From the NCBI RefSeq assembly GCF_001194135.2, contig NC_069002.1, positions 2,553,140 through 2,617,139 on the forward strand: a DNA stretch of 64,000 nt, read 5' to 3'. Origin of the DNA: Octopus bimaculoides (taxonomy: Eukaryota). A program made the position numbers and the translations under genes. The notes below the pieces were generated by a model. That model saw only the letters and a list, made by a program, of their open reading frames with translations, had not been told where the DNA came from and did not search any database. Below, in pieces: positions 44,195 to 58,967 of this stretch (position 1 is the first letter of the stretch; each line of letters begins with the position of its first letter).

Positions 44195-44859
44195 AATGAG
44201 AGGGAAAGGTTAAAAGAAAGATACGGAGATAGATATATAGATATGTAGATATATATATATATATAGATAGATAGATAGATGTGAAAGGAATTATACCCTG
44301 ATATAAGATCAGATCGATCCATCGATCGATTGACAGAAAAAAGGACAAGAAGCGGAAGGATAAACAGAAATATTTAATGGTAGGCAGAGTACAACAACGA
44401 AGAAGTCAGCAGGGTTCATTGCAGCAAATTACACAGGCAACATTGAAAAGTAAAACTAATTCACTGTAAAACAGTTTTAAATATTTTTGAAAATCGAGGC
44501 TATTTCATTGGGTCTCTTTCAATCATGCATTATGCATTTATAACCTTACTATCGTATTCGAATGTTGTAGATGTAATATATCTGCAAAATTGTTAGAGCG
44601 ATTTGTCGCTGCACTCTAATATAAAGGTATATATGTATAAATATATGGGTGTGTGAGCGTGCCTGTGTGTACACACGCAAACACACACAGGCATACAAAC
44701 ACATACACAAACGCAAACACACATACACACACACATATACATACTAAAGCTAATATGATAGTGAGAATCCGTGCTTAACACTGCCTTCGTGGATAATTAT
44801 TCTGTATTTGTTGGTTAACAAGGCAACCATGTATTTCATGCGGGAATTCTCAACAATTA

Positions 44860-44990
44860 TTAAGCCTGCCACATGGAATGTTGGTTCTCGTCATGCATAC
44901 GAACGTCCCATATGCCTGGCTTCATGATTCCTTTCTATAGATGAATAACGAAAATTGTATGGACGACTGGACGCCAATTGTCTCAAGGTC
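44860..44990 (+). mobile_element. Possible remnant of a LINE endonuclease start
   Basis: IKPATWNVGS (cf. IATWNVxT) followed by a CLQE-like tgtctcaagg. Very short. Confidence 0.25.
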
Positions 44991-45075
44991 TATTTAAATA
45001 AATTTTTACGCGTTATTACAAATAATTATATTTTTATGGGATTAAATATATACATACATGCATATATAAGTATAA

Positions 45076-45111
<36 letters not shown>

Positions 45112-45123
45112 TAATATTAAAAC

Positions 45124-45340
45124 AGCAAGCTGGCAGAAACGTTAGCACGCCGGGCGAAATGCTTAGCGATATTTCGTCTGCCGTTATGTTTTGAGTTCAA
45201 ATGCCACCGAGGTCGATTTTTGCCTTTCATCCTTTGGGTGTCGATTAAATAACTACCAGTTACGCACTGGGGTTGATGTAATAGATTTATTTTTTTTGTC
45301 TGCCCTTGTTTGCCCCTCTATGTTTATGCCCCTTTGGGAG
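45124..45340 (+). mobile_element. tRNA-derived SINE, family A, near full length
   Basis: Head gctggcagaaacgttagcacgccgggcgaaatgcttagc, B-box-like gagttcaaatgcc, body gcctttcatcc...taccagttacgcactggggttgatgtaat. Shared with many copies in the window. Confidence 0.85.
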
Positions 45341-46047
45341 AAAGGCACCATTCCAATTCAGATTCATTGCGAAACATTTGCAATCCCAAGTAAATCAAGT
45401 ATAATTTAGCAACAAACAACATCACTATTTCAATGAAGATTGTGACCAGCAATATAGCAATACTTAAACCTGGTCGAGCAATGATATTAGTGGTTCACCA
45501 CTACGATCTTCGAATAATGATTGACAGCGGTGCTAATGCAATTCAGACTTCCATCTGCTGCATTCTTACATTGACTAACTGACGGTCTATACCAACAGCG
45601 AGGGATATAGTTGCATTATGTTAATATGAATTTATAAGAACAGCATTGGATAGATCTTTATAGCAGGACAAATGCAATAAAAACCTTGTAACTAAAGTAT
45701 TGCAATGCAAAAACAAATCAAAGTGTTTTCAGATTAGAAAACGTTAAAGGCAATATTTATAAAAACGGTTGGTTGGTCTTTATACTCAAACAATACAATT
45801 ACAGAGACCGTAAGAGCTAAGGGACATCGCATGAAACTTCACACATACACACACACTCACACAAACACACGTGCAGACACACAAGCACATGCAGACACAC
45901 ACCTTCGGGCACGGGCACAGACGCGCGCGCAAATACATACATGCACGCATTCACAAGTACAAATCCTCCGCGCACACAGTCAAGTGCAGGTGCACGCAGA
46001 AATATTTATAAGTGTGTACATATATATAGATATATGTATATTCATTC

Positions 46048-46088
<41 letters not shown>

Positions 46089-46148
46089 GATAGATATATA
46101 TCCACACACACATATATACATATATAGTCCCAAATACATATGTGAATC

Positions 46149-46201
<53 letters not shown>

Positions 46202-46379
46202 AACATATTTTTGCGTATATTATTTGATTATACATGTGTGTGTGTGCATATTGGCTGCGCTGCTTACTGTGTAGCAATATATATGTATACATGTGCGGGT
46301 ATGCGTGTGCGCGTGTGAATGACTCGTCAACAACAAGATGAAATCAATATAAATCTATGGTTTCTAGAAAACAATATCT

Positions 46380-46770
46380 TTAATTTTTTTTCCTTTGCTT
46401 CCCTCCCCAGTATTTTTGATGAACGGCTTTCCCCAAGGGACGACTGTATTGTAATATCTAAACATTGTAACTATTCCGAACTTAATGATAAAATACCCAC
46501 TTTCTCTTACCACGCAATTTCATTCTTCCTATTGCTTTCACTCCCGTTTGAACCGATACCACATCTTCTAGTAGCGCTACATATGTCAACCTCTATTCAT
46601 AAATTTGTCATTCAATCGATAAAGCTTTTTCTACTTCAAAAATTGCCCACTCTTCTGTTCTACTTATACAAGTTCGACAACAATCAACGCTCTATAGATT
46701 TAACGTTATTTTCCTTATTCACCCAATCTGTGCTACTATTTATTGTAAGAGACATGTATTATAATTGAGT
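46380..46770 (-). mobile_element. Possible 3' fragment of an RTE-type LINE
   Basis: The minus strand gives SSTDW (cf. YGSETW), WYRFKR (cf. RWYGHVxR) and RPLGK...KYW (cf. RPRGRPKKTW) in the expected order. The + strand 149-aa ORF is probably only its antisense shadow. Confidence 0.35.
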
Positions 46771-47551
46771 TATCTCTATGCGGCAAGTGGCAATTGCCAG
46801 TGAGATAAAAACATTTAGTTCAGTCGACGCATTATCACAAATAACGGAAATGAAGTATTCTGCTTAAAGCATATTTCACTGAAGTTTCACTGATTTTCAC
46901 TGTACTCAATATCTCTCTATACGGAACATAAAAATGATTTAGGAATTTGATAATGGATAGTTTCATCTAATGTATATTTGTCTGAGGCATTCAGACAGTA
47001 GAACTATGACAAAAGCGAAGCATCGTGTGACACTGACCCGGTACCATGGTTTGGTATAGTGGTGTTGTGAATAGCTATAAGTTTAATTCAGAGCTTTTAA
47101 CCCTATAAGTGTGCACACCTTGTTCACGAGATCAAACCCTCGTGATGAAGGAATCAGTCTCAACCGTGTTTCTTTTTTTTATATTTCGTATTATGATTAG
47201 ACTCATAGACACTACTCAAAGCTTTTTCCCATCATATTTAGAAGATCTAAAACTGATGGCGAGGCTTTCAATTTCAACCAGATTTAACAGCCACCACTAT
47301 ATTTGGAAAAAATATATATACAAATACAGTTTGTATGTAATTAGATATGTTACGTTTACCATAATTAGATGTTACTTTTACCAGATTAAATTCTGATGGG
47401 GAATAATCGCAAGCAATATCCTCTGTTCAAGAGTACAACTATGGAAGAGCAGAACAGGAAACAGGAAGAAGTTCCTCTCCAAATATCTTACTCATTTATT
47501 TCGCATCATAAGGCTGAAACTATATCAGGCATTTCATATTTATCTCTCCCC

Positions 47552-47597
<46 letters not shown>

Positions 47598-48586
47598 TCC
47601 ATCTCTCTATCTATTTATCTATATATTATTTCTCTTCCTTACTCTCTCTCACTATCTCTTTCTATCCATTATAGTGAAAGGGGGAGAGAGACTAGGACAG
47701 AGCATGCATGACAGAAAAAATATCCTATATAAATATGTGTATTTAATCATTTATGAGTATCTGCTGTGTGAGTTTATATAAATAAATAGAAGGATAGATA
47801 TGAATATCATTATAAATGTGTGCTTCTAGGAATATATATGTGCGTGTTTGTGTGTGTGTGGAGACATGGTTTCTTGTCTAGAATTTATGGATGTCAGTAC
47901 CTACTGCTGGTCTCTATATTGAAAACAAGCAGACGCGCACAATCACACACAAACCACATACTTCCACACACGCATACACACACATACATAAACATGTAGA
48001 AAACAAAACGAAAAATGTCTCAATTTTTCCTGTCAGTTTTCCAACAAAATACATTGTATATTCTCACCTTTGTTTTGTCGTCCTGGGAAATTTAAAATTT
48101 TCCGCCTTATACGATACAAAGAAGAAAAGAATAAGATACGAAAAGCGATTTGCTTATTCATGTCAGAAGAAGTTTTGGTAGAGTTGGTTGGTGCCTGAGG
48201 TCGGTCATATCGTATTTATAAACAGTCTATTTATAGTCCAGATGGAAATTAAAAAACATAATGTTTCTAGAGGTAAGCACACGGAATTTTAGTATGCATA
48301 GAGATATCATCAGATACCTCTCAACTACTCTCCCTCTGCCCCTCACTCAGGTTGTGTGTCACTTCCTTTCTCTTTCTCACTATCTTTCTCTTTCTCACTA
48401 TCTTTCTCTCTATTGATAACGTGATTGAGACACCATTCATAATATTATCAAAGATTGCGTATGTATATAATATATACGTACACTCACATGTAGATATAGA
48501 TATATACATTTAGTTCCTTATATATGCATAAATATATGTATATATCTATGTACATAAATACACACATACACACACACATATATATG

Positions 48587-48688
<102 letters not shown>

Positions 48689-49961
48689 CACATACACATA
48701 CATTCATATATATGTGTGTGTGTGGTTGCATGTATATGAACAAGTGTGTGCGTGTTTATATTAATAGATATCGATAGATAAGTTCAGAAATGTGCTTCAG
48801 TTTCTTTCATGAGAACGTAACTTATTAAATTCGGACGATATCTATAGAGAAAGAAATACGTTCGATTAACAATATCCATAGATAAATTGATATCAAATAA
48901 ACGGCTTCTGAAGTATTGAGTTTTATATTCAGCTCTTGGTCACCCTTGGTCTCACGGCCAAGCATATGCCTATATGTGTTTCGCTCTGCGTAGAAAGTGA
49001 TTGCGTGTAGAAAGGGAGAGGATCAGTTAAATATAAACCAATTGCCGTTTAATCCATATATATTTATATAACTCCTATTAAGGGAGAAACGCGCAACCAT
49101 AGTTACTCTTCATTGTAACCCGAATTGGAGAGTTCTGGTTTCTTGAGATTATCTCCCTTTTTTTTATTTAGAGTCAGTGACAATTTTCGCAAAACCTTCC
49201 TTGTTTCATCATATATCTTATAATTTTTCACAAGTCTTCATTTCCACGTTCTCGGTTAATTGCCTCCCTATCTTCAATTAAAGAAATTTATTTCTCCGTA
49301 GTGAGGAAATAGCAATAACATGATTCAATTTGCTACGTATAAGTACTCAGAAACATATTAAAAGTTTTATTACGGAAAATGATTCTAATTTAAGGGTATT
49401 TTAGCTACACTAAAATATGTTTGCAAAAATTACAAACCAAAGCTAAAAATACAGACTTTAACTGTTGTATTATAATTTACTCTATAATATTTGTTGAATT
49501 AAATGAAACATTTACGCAAAATATTAGTGGGAAAAGTGATGAAATTGTGTTGTCTACTATTACCAGAGTAGTGTTGTAATTCCCATGAATAAGAATATAA
49601 TCTATTGAAGTAATAGTTAGTTTTAATTTTAAGAAATTTCAGTTCACACTATAAGGCGTCAGGTGGGAGTCTTTGATATTTAAAGATTTGGGAATTTTGT
49701 CTAATTGTTACGATTCCATATCAATACAAGAAAGATCATATGCCTCTGGTAAGACTATATGCAATGTGTAGATACACAATATCAATTATCCGTTGGAATA
49801 TGTTGAGCTTCACCGACGCAGCGGGATTATGTAATATAACATAACACAAAAGGATTTCAAAAGAATTCTAAATAATTCTAAACATGAAATTACATTCCAT
49901 ACCGCTGTGCATTCAGCATAACTTAAAACTAGATTTTGCCTGCGTCTGTGTACCTGGCACG

Positions 49962-50010
<49 letters not shown>

Positions 50011-50679
50011 ATGCACACACACACACACATATGCTCACATGCACACGTACACACATACTTAGACAGACACACATATACACAGACGTTTAAATTGTACATA
50101 CATAAATATGAAAATTATCAGTTAGTAACAAGTGAAGAAATTTTAATCCGATAATGATGGTTCTAGCATTAGTAACAAGATTTACACGATCACTTGATGC
50201 TTAAAACACAACGCGACAAATATATGCCACTACTAAGAATTCTTTTAAAGAAGTTCCATAAAATCTCAAAGTATTTACGGAGCGAGGTTACGTTAATATG
50301 TTATAAATATATATAAAAAGATTTTGGGAAAAAATATCATAATGAAACGCAGACGAAACATAATGTATGTAATGTTTTGTAATAAACTAACAACCTAATT
50401 ATACAAGTATAGACATGTTAAATAAGCACACACACACACACACACACACATATATACGCGTGTGCGTGCAGTTCCTGCTATGTATATCTGCGTTTATTTA
50501 TTCATACGAAATTGTACATTTCGGAAACGTGATTATAGTACTCAATAGCGGTTTCTAAGGTATCAGAACATCGAAATAGATTTATATAAACCAAAGCTAT
50601 GTTTACATACAAGTTTATACTTTCTGCCCTTCTCGCTCTCTCTTTCTCTCTCTCTCCACCTCTCTCACTATACATATAA

Positions 50680-50757
<78 letters not shown>

Positions 50758-50830
50758 TTACCTGGTGTCCAAACAACGATTGTGCCAGCTCCACACCTCG
50801 GTGAACAGGATTATATTAGATGACATAGAA

Positions 50831-51048
50831 GGCGAGCAACTGGCGGAATGGTTAGCGCACCAGACAAGATGCTTAGTTGCTTTTCGTCCGTCTTTATGTT
50901 CCATGTTTCAGGTTCCTATCAAGTCAACATTACTTTTCACCCTTTCAGAATCGATGAAATAAGTACCAGTTGTACACTGGGGTCGATGTGATAGATTAAT
51001 CCCCTCCCCCAAAAAATTCAGGCCTTGTACTTATAGTAGAAAGAATTA
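50831..51048 (+). mobile_element. SINE family A, diverged full-length copy
   Basis: Head, body tttcaccctttcagaatcgatgaaataagtaccagttgtacactggggtcgatgt and tail ggccttgtacttatagtagaaagaattat. Confidence 0.75.
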
Positions 51049-51106
51049 TACCGTCCATATTTCTTGGTTGTAATCATTCCTATAAACAATCCTGTATGCG
51101 TAGAGA

Positions 51107-51250
51107 AGGTGACGAGTCGGCGGCATGATTAGGACTTTGGACAAAGTGCTTGGCGACATATCTCCTGGTTCATTACGTTCAGAGTTCAAATCCTGCTGAG
51201 TTCAACTTTGGCTTTCATCTTTTTGCAGTCGATAAAATAAATTACCAGCC
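51107..51250 (+). mobile_element. SINE family A, older copy directly behind the previous one
   Basis: ttacgttcagagttcaaatcctgctgagttcaactttggctttcatc...gtcgataaaataaattaccag. Confidence 0.65.
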
Positions 51251-51389
51251 AAGTAAAATTGCTGAACCTGTGGCAATAAATAGAACTGTTAAAAGACATG
51301 GAGATAAAAGAAAGTGAAACACGCAGACATAAAAATCACAAGGAAAATAGAAAGAGGCACAATGACAATGTGAGTTACAACTGTTCACA

Positions 51390-51425
<36 letters not shown>

Positions 51426-52013
51426 GCAATGTAAAGAGAGAGGGAGAGAGGGAGAATGAAAAGGAATAAGAATGAGAGAGATCGAGGGTGAGAGGGGAAG
51501 CAGAATGAGGACATTATATATGGAATGAATAGAAAAATATGGAATTAAACAAAAACTGAGATACTATAGCAGAATAGCAGTTATAAAGACAAAGAAGAGA
51601 AAAAAGAAAAAGGAAATGGTGGACAGAAAGAAAGAATTAGAGACACGTTGAGATAGAAAGAGGAAAATTGGAGGAAAAGATTAGAAGGGAGAATTGTAAG
51701 TCGAAGCGTAATAAACACAGCGGACAAATCGTAACCGAATGCGTCTTATGTATAAACACACGCGAGCGAAACAGTGTCAAACATAGATTAATCAGGAATC
51801 AAATTAGTGTCAAAAATGTGATTTTATACAACCTCTTACACTGATTCATTTAACACCTTTTACAGATTGATAATATTGATTTATTGCGGTGTCCGTGGTC
51901 GTCGCCGTTGTGACAGTGTGACTACATACATATGATGTGTACGGCAAAACATACTACAACAAGCATACATGTATATGTTTGCCAGACTATACACACACGC
52001 ACACACACACACA

Positions 52014-52044
<31 letters not shown>

Positions 52045-52947
52045 NNNNNNNNNNNNNNNNNNNNNNNNNNNNNNNNNNNNNNNNNNNNNNNNNNNNNNNN
52101 NNNNNNNNNNNNNNNNNNNNNNNNNNNNNNNNNNNNNNNNNNNNNNNNNNNNNNNNNNNNNNNNNNNNNNNNNNNNNNNNNNNNNNNNNNNNNNNNNATA
52201 TATATATATACATATATATGTGTGTGTGTGTATGTGCGTCTGTATGCACAGAGAGGGGGACGAAGATAACGAGAGAGCTGGAGAACACGAAGGTAAACGT
52301 GCTTGCTATAGATATTCACGAAGAATTTCTTTAGATAAATAATAAATTAAATTCGAACTCCATCCATGTCGGGTGGCTAAAGTGTTCGACGTTCGAACGA
52401 TTGGCCAGGTATGGAAATAAAAAGTGCTTATAAACACAAGTTTAATTGGTATATTGGCACTGAATTCACATTTATAAAAAAAAAAGGAATGATACGATAG
52501 ACTTCACAGCTGTTTCGTATCAAATATGACTTATATGACCATGTTGATTATGTAATGAAGACGCATAATATCGTAGATGTATTGGACAATACGAATTTTT
52601 GTACACTCGAGGGGTGGGGTAAAATTAGGTTACCCTTTACTAACGCTTCTTATATTTATTTGTATTCTATGTAAATATATATTCATTAAGAAAAATAAAC
52701 TAATTTATTGTTGCCACCAGAGGTAACCACTGTTAGTTAGCTTCCAAATTCTGGATGCTGAAAACGAATAAAATATCATCATAGGATTAGGTGAACAACA
52801 ACACACATATGCTGGTCATATCATGTTAGTTGCAACCCGACAGCTGATTCCTGAGAGTCGGATCAAGTGGTCCCTAAAGGCAAAATCCTGAACTACAACA
52901 GGCTTGTCCTACAGAGAATATTTCCGATAACCATTGGGCACCTTCTC

Positions 52948-52978
<31 letters not shown>

Positions 52979-53904
52979 NNNNNNNNNNNNNNNNNNNNNN
53001 NNNNNNNNNNNNNNNNNNNNNNNNNNNNNNNNNNNNNNNNNNNNNNNNNNNNNNNNNNNNNNNNNNNNNNNNNNNNNNNNNNNNNNNNNNNNNNNNNNNN
53101 NNNNNNNNNNNNNNNNNNNNNNNNNNNNNNNNNNNNNNNNNNNNNNNNNNNNNNNNNNNNNNNNNNNNNNNNNNNNNNNNNNNNNNNNNNNNNNNNNNNN
53201 NNNNNNNNNNNNNNNNNNNNNNNNNNNNNNNNNNNNNNNNNNNNNNNNNNNNNNNNNNNNNNNNNNNNNNNNNNNNNNNNNNNNNNNNNNNNNNNNNNNN
53301 NNNNNNNNNNNNNNNNNNNNNNNNNNNNNNNNNNNNNNNNNNNNNNNNNNNNNNNNNNNNNNNNNNNNNNNNNNNNNNNNNNNNNNNNNNNNNNNNNNNN
53401 NNNNNNNNNNNNNNNNNNNNNNNNNNNNNNNNNNNNNNNNNNNNNNNNNNNNNNNNNNNNNNNNNNNNNNNNNNNNNNNNNNNNNNNNNNNNNNNNNNNN
53501 NNNNNNNNNNNNNNNNNNNNNNNNNNNNNNNNNNNNNNNNNNNNNNNNNNNNNNTATATATATATTGCCAAGACTAATCGTACGTTAGAGCGGCATTGAA
53601 GTAATCATTTAAAAGAGTTTTACTCTTATTACATCCTACTGAGATTATTCAACATGGTGAAAAATAAATTCGAAAAATAAGCAACGTGATTAAGTCACAT
53701 CATCGCAAAATCTCGTTACATTCAGATAAGATTTTCTCTTTTAGCAGATTCTATATGTGTGGGTGTATATCTACGAATACACAATGATACACGCTCGCGT
53801 GCACGCATACGCATATACACACGTATACATCATCGGAAAATCTCGTTACTTTCAGATAAGAATTTCTCTTGAGTAGAGTTTATATGTGTGGATGTAAATC
53901 TATG

Positions 53905-54085
53905 GCTACACACACACAGAAACGCACACGCACACATCCACACACATATACATACACACACACACACAGAAACGCNNNNNNNNNNACACAGAAACGCACA
54001 CGCACACATCCACACACATATACATACACACACACACACAGAAACGCACACGCACACATCCACACACATATACATACACACACAT
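53905..54085. repeat. Minisatellite of a CA-derived unit of about 52 nt spanning a 10-N gap
   Basis: The unit acacagaaacgcacacgcacacatccacacacatatacatacacacac occurs about three times. Confidence 0.85.
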
Positions 54086-55468
54086 ACGCATATACACACA
54101 TATATATATATGTGTGTGTGTGTGTGTGACCACATGCGCGTGACTGCATGTGTTTATAATATATATATACATACAGTCCCACATCACCGATGTGCGTGAA
54201 TATTTGCGACACACAGCACTGTGCATATCCTAGACCTAACAAGTTCAATATGATCTTACACAACCTGGAGGGAAATTTTTTCTGGAGTTGGAGTCGACGA
54301 CTAAAGCCCTATGCGGCGTATAAATAAAAGGGTCCCTCCCCAATAACTGTTTTATCCACGCAGATTTGCCAGCACCTATATGCATGTGTTCGTGAACGAT
54401 CAATTTTCATATACATTTTTGTGTTTCAGTCATTTCATTGCATGCATACTGGCTTCCGTTTCCTTGAACCTCAATTGACTGGACGGAAATGTTCAATATG
54501 ATCGTAAACTACATTATCCGCACTACATTTTGGCAGAGTAAAAGGAAAAAAATATAGAACCTACTCCTGCAACAAAATCCTAGCTTTACTTCTGCTGTCG
54601 TCTTGTGAGGCACGTAACTTATTACACCGCACGATGACGGTTGAGTCAGCCTCATATTACTCAATAAATAATAAATTCTTGATAAAATGCCCCCCTCCCT
54701 GGATTAGTATCACATATCTTAGAGCTCACTAGAATTTCAAATTACGTGCCTAACTTATAATGAGGTGTCCTGCGAGCGTGAAAAGAAGCGAATTATCACA
54801 CAGTAAATTGATTTGTATGACAAGAATTAACACCCAAAATATCTGTCCTTTATTAGTGAATGTAATGTCTGATATCATTTCTAATTAAGTCTTAGCCATT
54901 AACTTGTAATCATTTATAATTCTGGGGTGAGTTTTCGTCATAAACATAGAATCAAAATGAAATATATTCCTATATTAATTGCATTTCGGAGGAGCCTAAG
55001 TGAACATCAAATTATCTCCAAATTAAATGTTATATTTATTGATATAAGAGTGTGAGTTTGTAAGCAAGTTAAGTGCTGTTTAATTATGAGACAACCTAGA
55101 ATAGATGAAGTATAGTTAATTGCTCCTGCGCTTGCGTAGAAGAGAGGAGATATCAAGTTCAATTTCCCTTATATATTATACTACTTTGCTTTTCTGATGA
55201 ATGGCCACGTTCGCTTCAATATACGGTGTATTAGGGAAGAGATATTTTTGTTTAGCCTCCGGTCGACCCTTACTTTTTAGGAGAAATTGGGAATAGTGAA
55301 AATATATACAAGAATGCAGAAGTCATTAGCCATATAAGCGCTGATTAGCCATATAAGCGTTGATATTGGGTTCGATTCTGGTTAGGGTTAACTCATCATT
55401 TTTCAGGCAATCTTTTTTATATGTATATGTCGCTTTAAATCAGAGAATATATATATTATGATACATTG

Positions 55469-55511
<43 letters not shown>

Positions 55512-56571
55512 NNNNNNNNNNNNNNNNNNNNNNTATATATATATATATATATATATATACAGAGAGAGTGAGAGAGAGAGAGAAATATATATACATATAA
55601 TATGAATACACACACATATATATATATGTATGTATAATACATACATATGCATAATCGCTCACAGATATGTATGCATGTATATAAATTGCTCAATTTGGTT
55701 CCCGGCAAAATTCAATTTTTGTTTTATATGTCATTTGTAATTATCTCATTTATTGTCTCATCATTTATATTAATAAAGAGACTGTTAAGCTTTTGACAAA
55801 TACCAATGTTAATTTGAAAAGACGTTTTTAAGCAACTGTCACCTACTTAAAACGAAGGTTTTAAGAATAAGACTTTCTTAAGATGCTTGAGTGTGCTTTA
55901 TAGATACTTCACTTGACAATATATGAATAATTAATGTTGAGTAAAGAGATTTTGTTTAGTTGCCGTCCGATGAATTTTTTTTTTTCTTTAGTGACGCATC
56001 AAAATTAAGGCACATGCTTCATACTTTCTTTTGATATAATTTCGCGTATATGNNNNNNNNNNNNNNNNNNNNNNNNNNNNNNNNNNNNNNNNNNNNNNNN
56101 NNNNNNNNNNNNNNNNNNNNNNNNNNNNNNNNNNNNNNNNNNNNNNNNNNNNNNNNNNNNNNNNNNNNNNNNNNNNNNNNNNNNNNNNNNNNNNNNNNNN
56201 NNNNNNNNNNNNNNNNNNNNNNNNNNNNNNNNNNNNNNNNNNNNNNNNNNNNNNNNNNNNNNNNNNNNNNNNNNNNNNNNNNNNNNNNNNNNNNNNNNNN
56301 NNNNNNNNNNNNNNNNNNNNNNNNNNNNNNNNNNNNNNNNNNNNNNNNNNNNNNNNNNNNNNNNNNNNNNNNNNNNNNNNNNNNNNNNNNNNNNNNNNNN
56401 NNNNNNNNNNNNNNNNNNNNNNNNNNNNNNNNNNNNNNNNNNNNNNNNNNNNNNNNNNNNNNNNNNNNNNNNNNNNNNNNNNNNNNNNNNNNNNNNNNNN
56501 NNNNNNNNNNNNNNNNNNNNNNNNNNNNNNNNNNNNNNNNNNNNNNNNNNNNNNNNNNNNNNNNNNNTATA

Positions 56572-56607
<36 letters not shown>

Positions 56608-57037
56608 CAAATATAGATGTGTGTATGATTGTGCGTGTGTGTGTATGTATGTATTTATAATTCAAATAATAAGACAAAGAAAATCTTTAATACGTCTTTA
56701 ATTATTCGTTACAACTGTTTCTGTACCAACTCTGCTTTCAACGCCAGTTTATGCAAATTTCAAAGTGAAACTTTAAGTAATGTTTGCGGTTTTAGACATT
56801 AGAGTAGCGCTTCATTAGAATTGTACCAATTGTGTGCTGTGATATTGTGCGCCTTCCAGATATATATGTATACACACACACACATATATATATATACACA
56901 TACATAAAGACACACATATTCATACACACACATACATTCAGACATCCAGCTAATAAATGATGAAATATACTTTATAAATAGGTGTGTATATATGTATAAA
57001 TGCATCATATATATGTATATATATATATATATATGTA

Positions 57038-57089
<52 letters not shown>

Positions 57090-57738
57090 NNNNNNNNNNN
57101 NNNNNNNNNNNNNNNNNNNNNNNNNNNNNNNNNNNNNNNNNNNNNNNNNNNNNNNNNNNNNNNNNNNNNNNNNNNNNNNNNNNNNNNNNNNNNNNNNNNN
57201 NNNNNNNNNNNNNNNNNNNNNNNNNNNNNNNNNNNNNNNNNNNNNNNNNNNNNNNNNNNNNNNNNNNNNNNNNNNNNNNNNNNNNNNNNNNNNNNNNNNN
57301 NNNNNNNNNNNNNNNNNNNNNNNNNNNNNNNNNNNNNNNNNNNNNNNNNNNNNNNNNNNNNNNNNNNNNNNNNNNNNNNNNNNNNNNNNNNNNNNNNNNN
57401 NNNNNNNNNNNNNNNNNNNNNNNNNNNNNNNNNNNNNNNNNNNNNNNNNNNNNNNNNNNNNNNNNNNNNNNNNNNNNNNNNNNNNNNNNNNNNNNNNNNN
57501 NNNNNNNNNNNNNNNNNNNNNNNNNNNNNNNNNNNNNNNNNNNNNNNNNNNNNNNNNNNNNNNNNNNNNNNNNNNNNNNNNNNNNNNNNNNNNNNNNNNN
57601 NNNNNNNNNNNNNNNNNNNNNNNNNNNNNNNNNNNNNNNNNNNNNNNNNNNNNNNNNNNNNNNNNNNNNNNNNNNNNNNNNNNNNNNNNNNNNNNNNNNN
57701 NNNNNNNNNNNNNNNNNNNNNNNNNNNNNNNNNNNNNN

Positions 57739-57855
<117 letters not shown>

Positions 57856-58083
57856 GACCTATATGAATTTTATGAATGTATATCTATCTTCTATCTATCT
57901 ATCTATGTATCTATCTACACACACACACACATATATATATATATACATATATACATACATATAGATACATATGCATGTATACGATTATAAATCTTTATAT
58001 ATATAATCATCTCTATGTATACACGTAATGATATAGACATATATGTATATATATATATGTATACCCATACATATATATGTATG

Positions 58084-58161
<78 letters not shown>

Positions 58162-58553
58162 TACATATATTACTCATATATGTCTATGTATGGATGCATG
58201 TGTGTATCTGTGTATCTACGCTTCATTGATAGGGTCAATAGTCAATATTGTTCCAGCTTTGTTTAGAAGTGTTTTCGAAGTCTTTCATGAGAATATTCTG
58301 TAAATACGTGACAGTTTTCTGATACCAGCTAAATAGATTCCATTGTATTATTTGCATTGTTCGAAGGAAATCCCAGAGCGGCAATTATCTTGTTACCGTT
58401 TTGAAGAATACATTATCAAAACTGTGCTCGGAAACGCACAAACCTACACACGCAAGCACACGCAAGCAGAAAACCCACATACATACTCACAAAGAGACAG
58501 AATATGAAAGAAGTCGAATGAATAGCGTATATGTATGTATATCTTTGTCTGTT

Positions 58554-58588
<35 letters not shown>

Positions 58589-58593
58589 TTCTT

Positions 58594-58673
<80 letters not shown>

Positions 58674-58967
58674 TGTAAATATGTTTGAATGTATGATGAA
58701 AGGAAGCAATATATTACGTATGGATAACTAGAGATATAAGGTAACCTTACGTGTAGGTGCTTTTTATAAACGCATATTTCCATCCGCGTCATGAAAAATT
58801 CCTCTATTGATTAAGTGAAATGTTAAGAAACGGTAGACAACCGAAACGCAAGAAAAATTTGTGAATGAAACTGCTATCAATCGAATGCTCGGCATTTTGG
58901 ACGGTATTCATTTCACGGAGTCCTCCTCTCGGCTGCGTACTTATGAATATAGATATTCATAAGTATT

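Noticed and set aside
46319-46768. 149-aa plus-strand ORF
   Set aside because: No recognisable domain; better explained as the antisense of a LINE 3' remnant.
52605-52645. Tc1/mariner TIR-like starts here and near 27745
   Set aside because: No partner TIR or transposase remnant was found.
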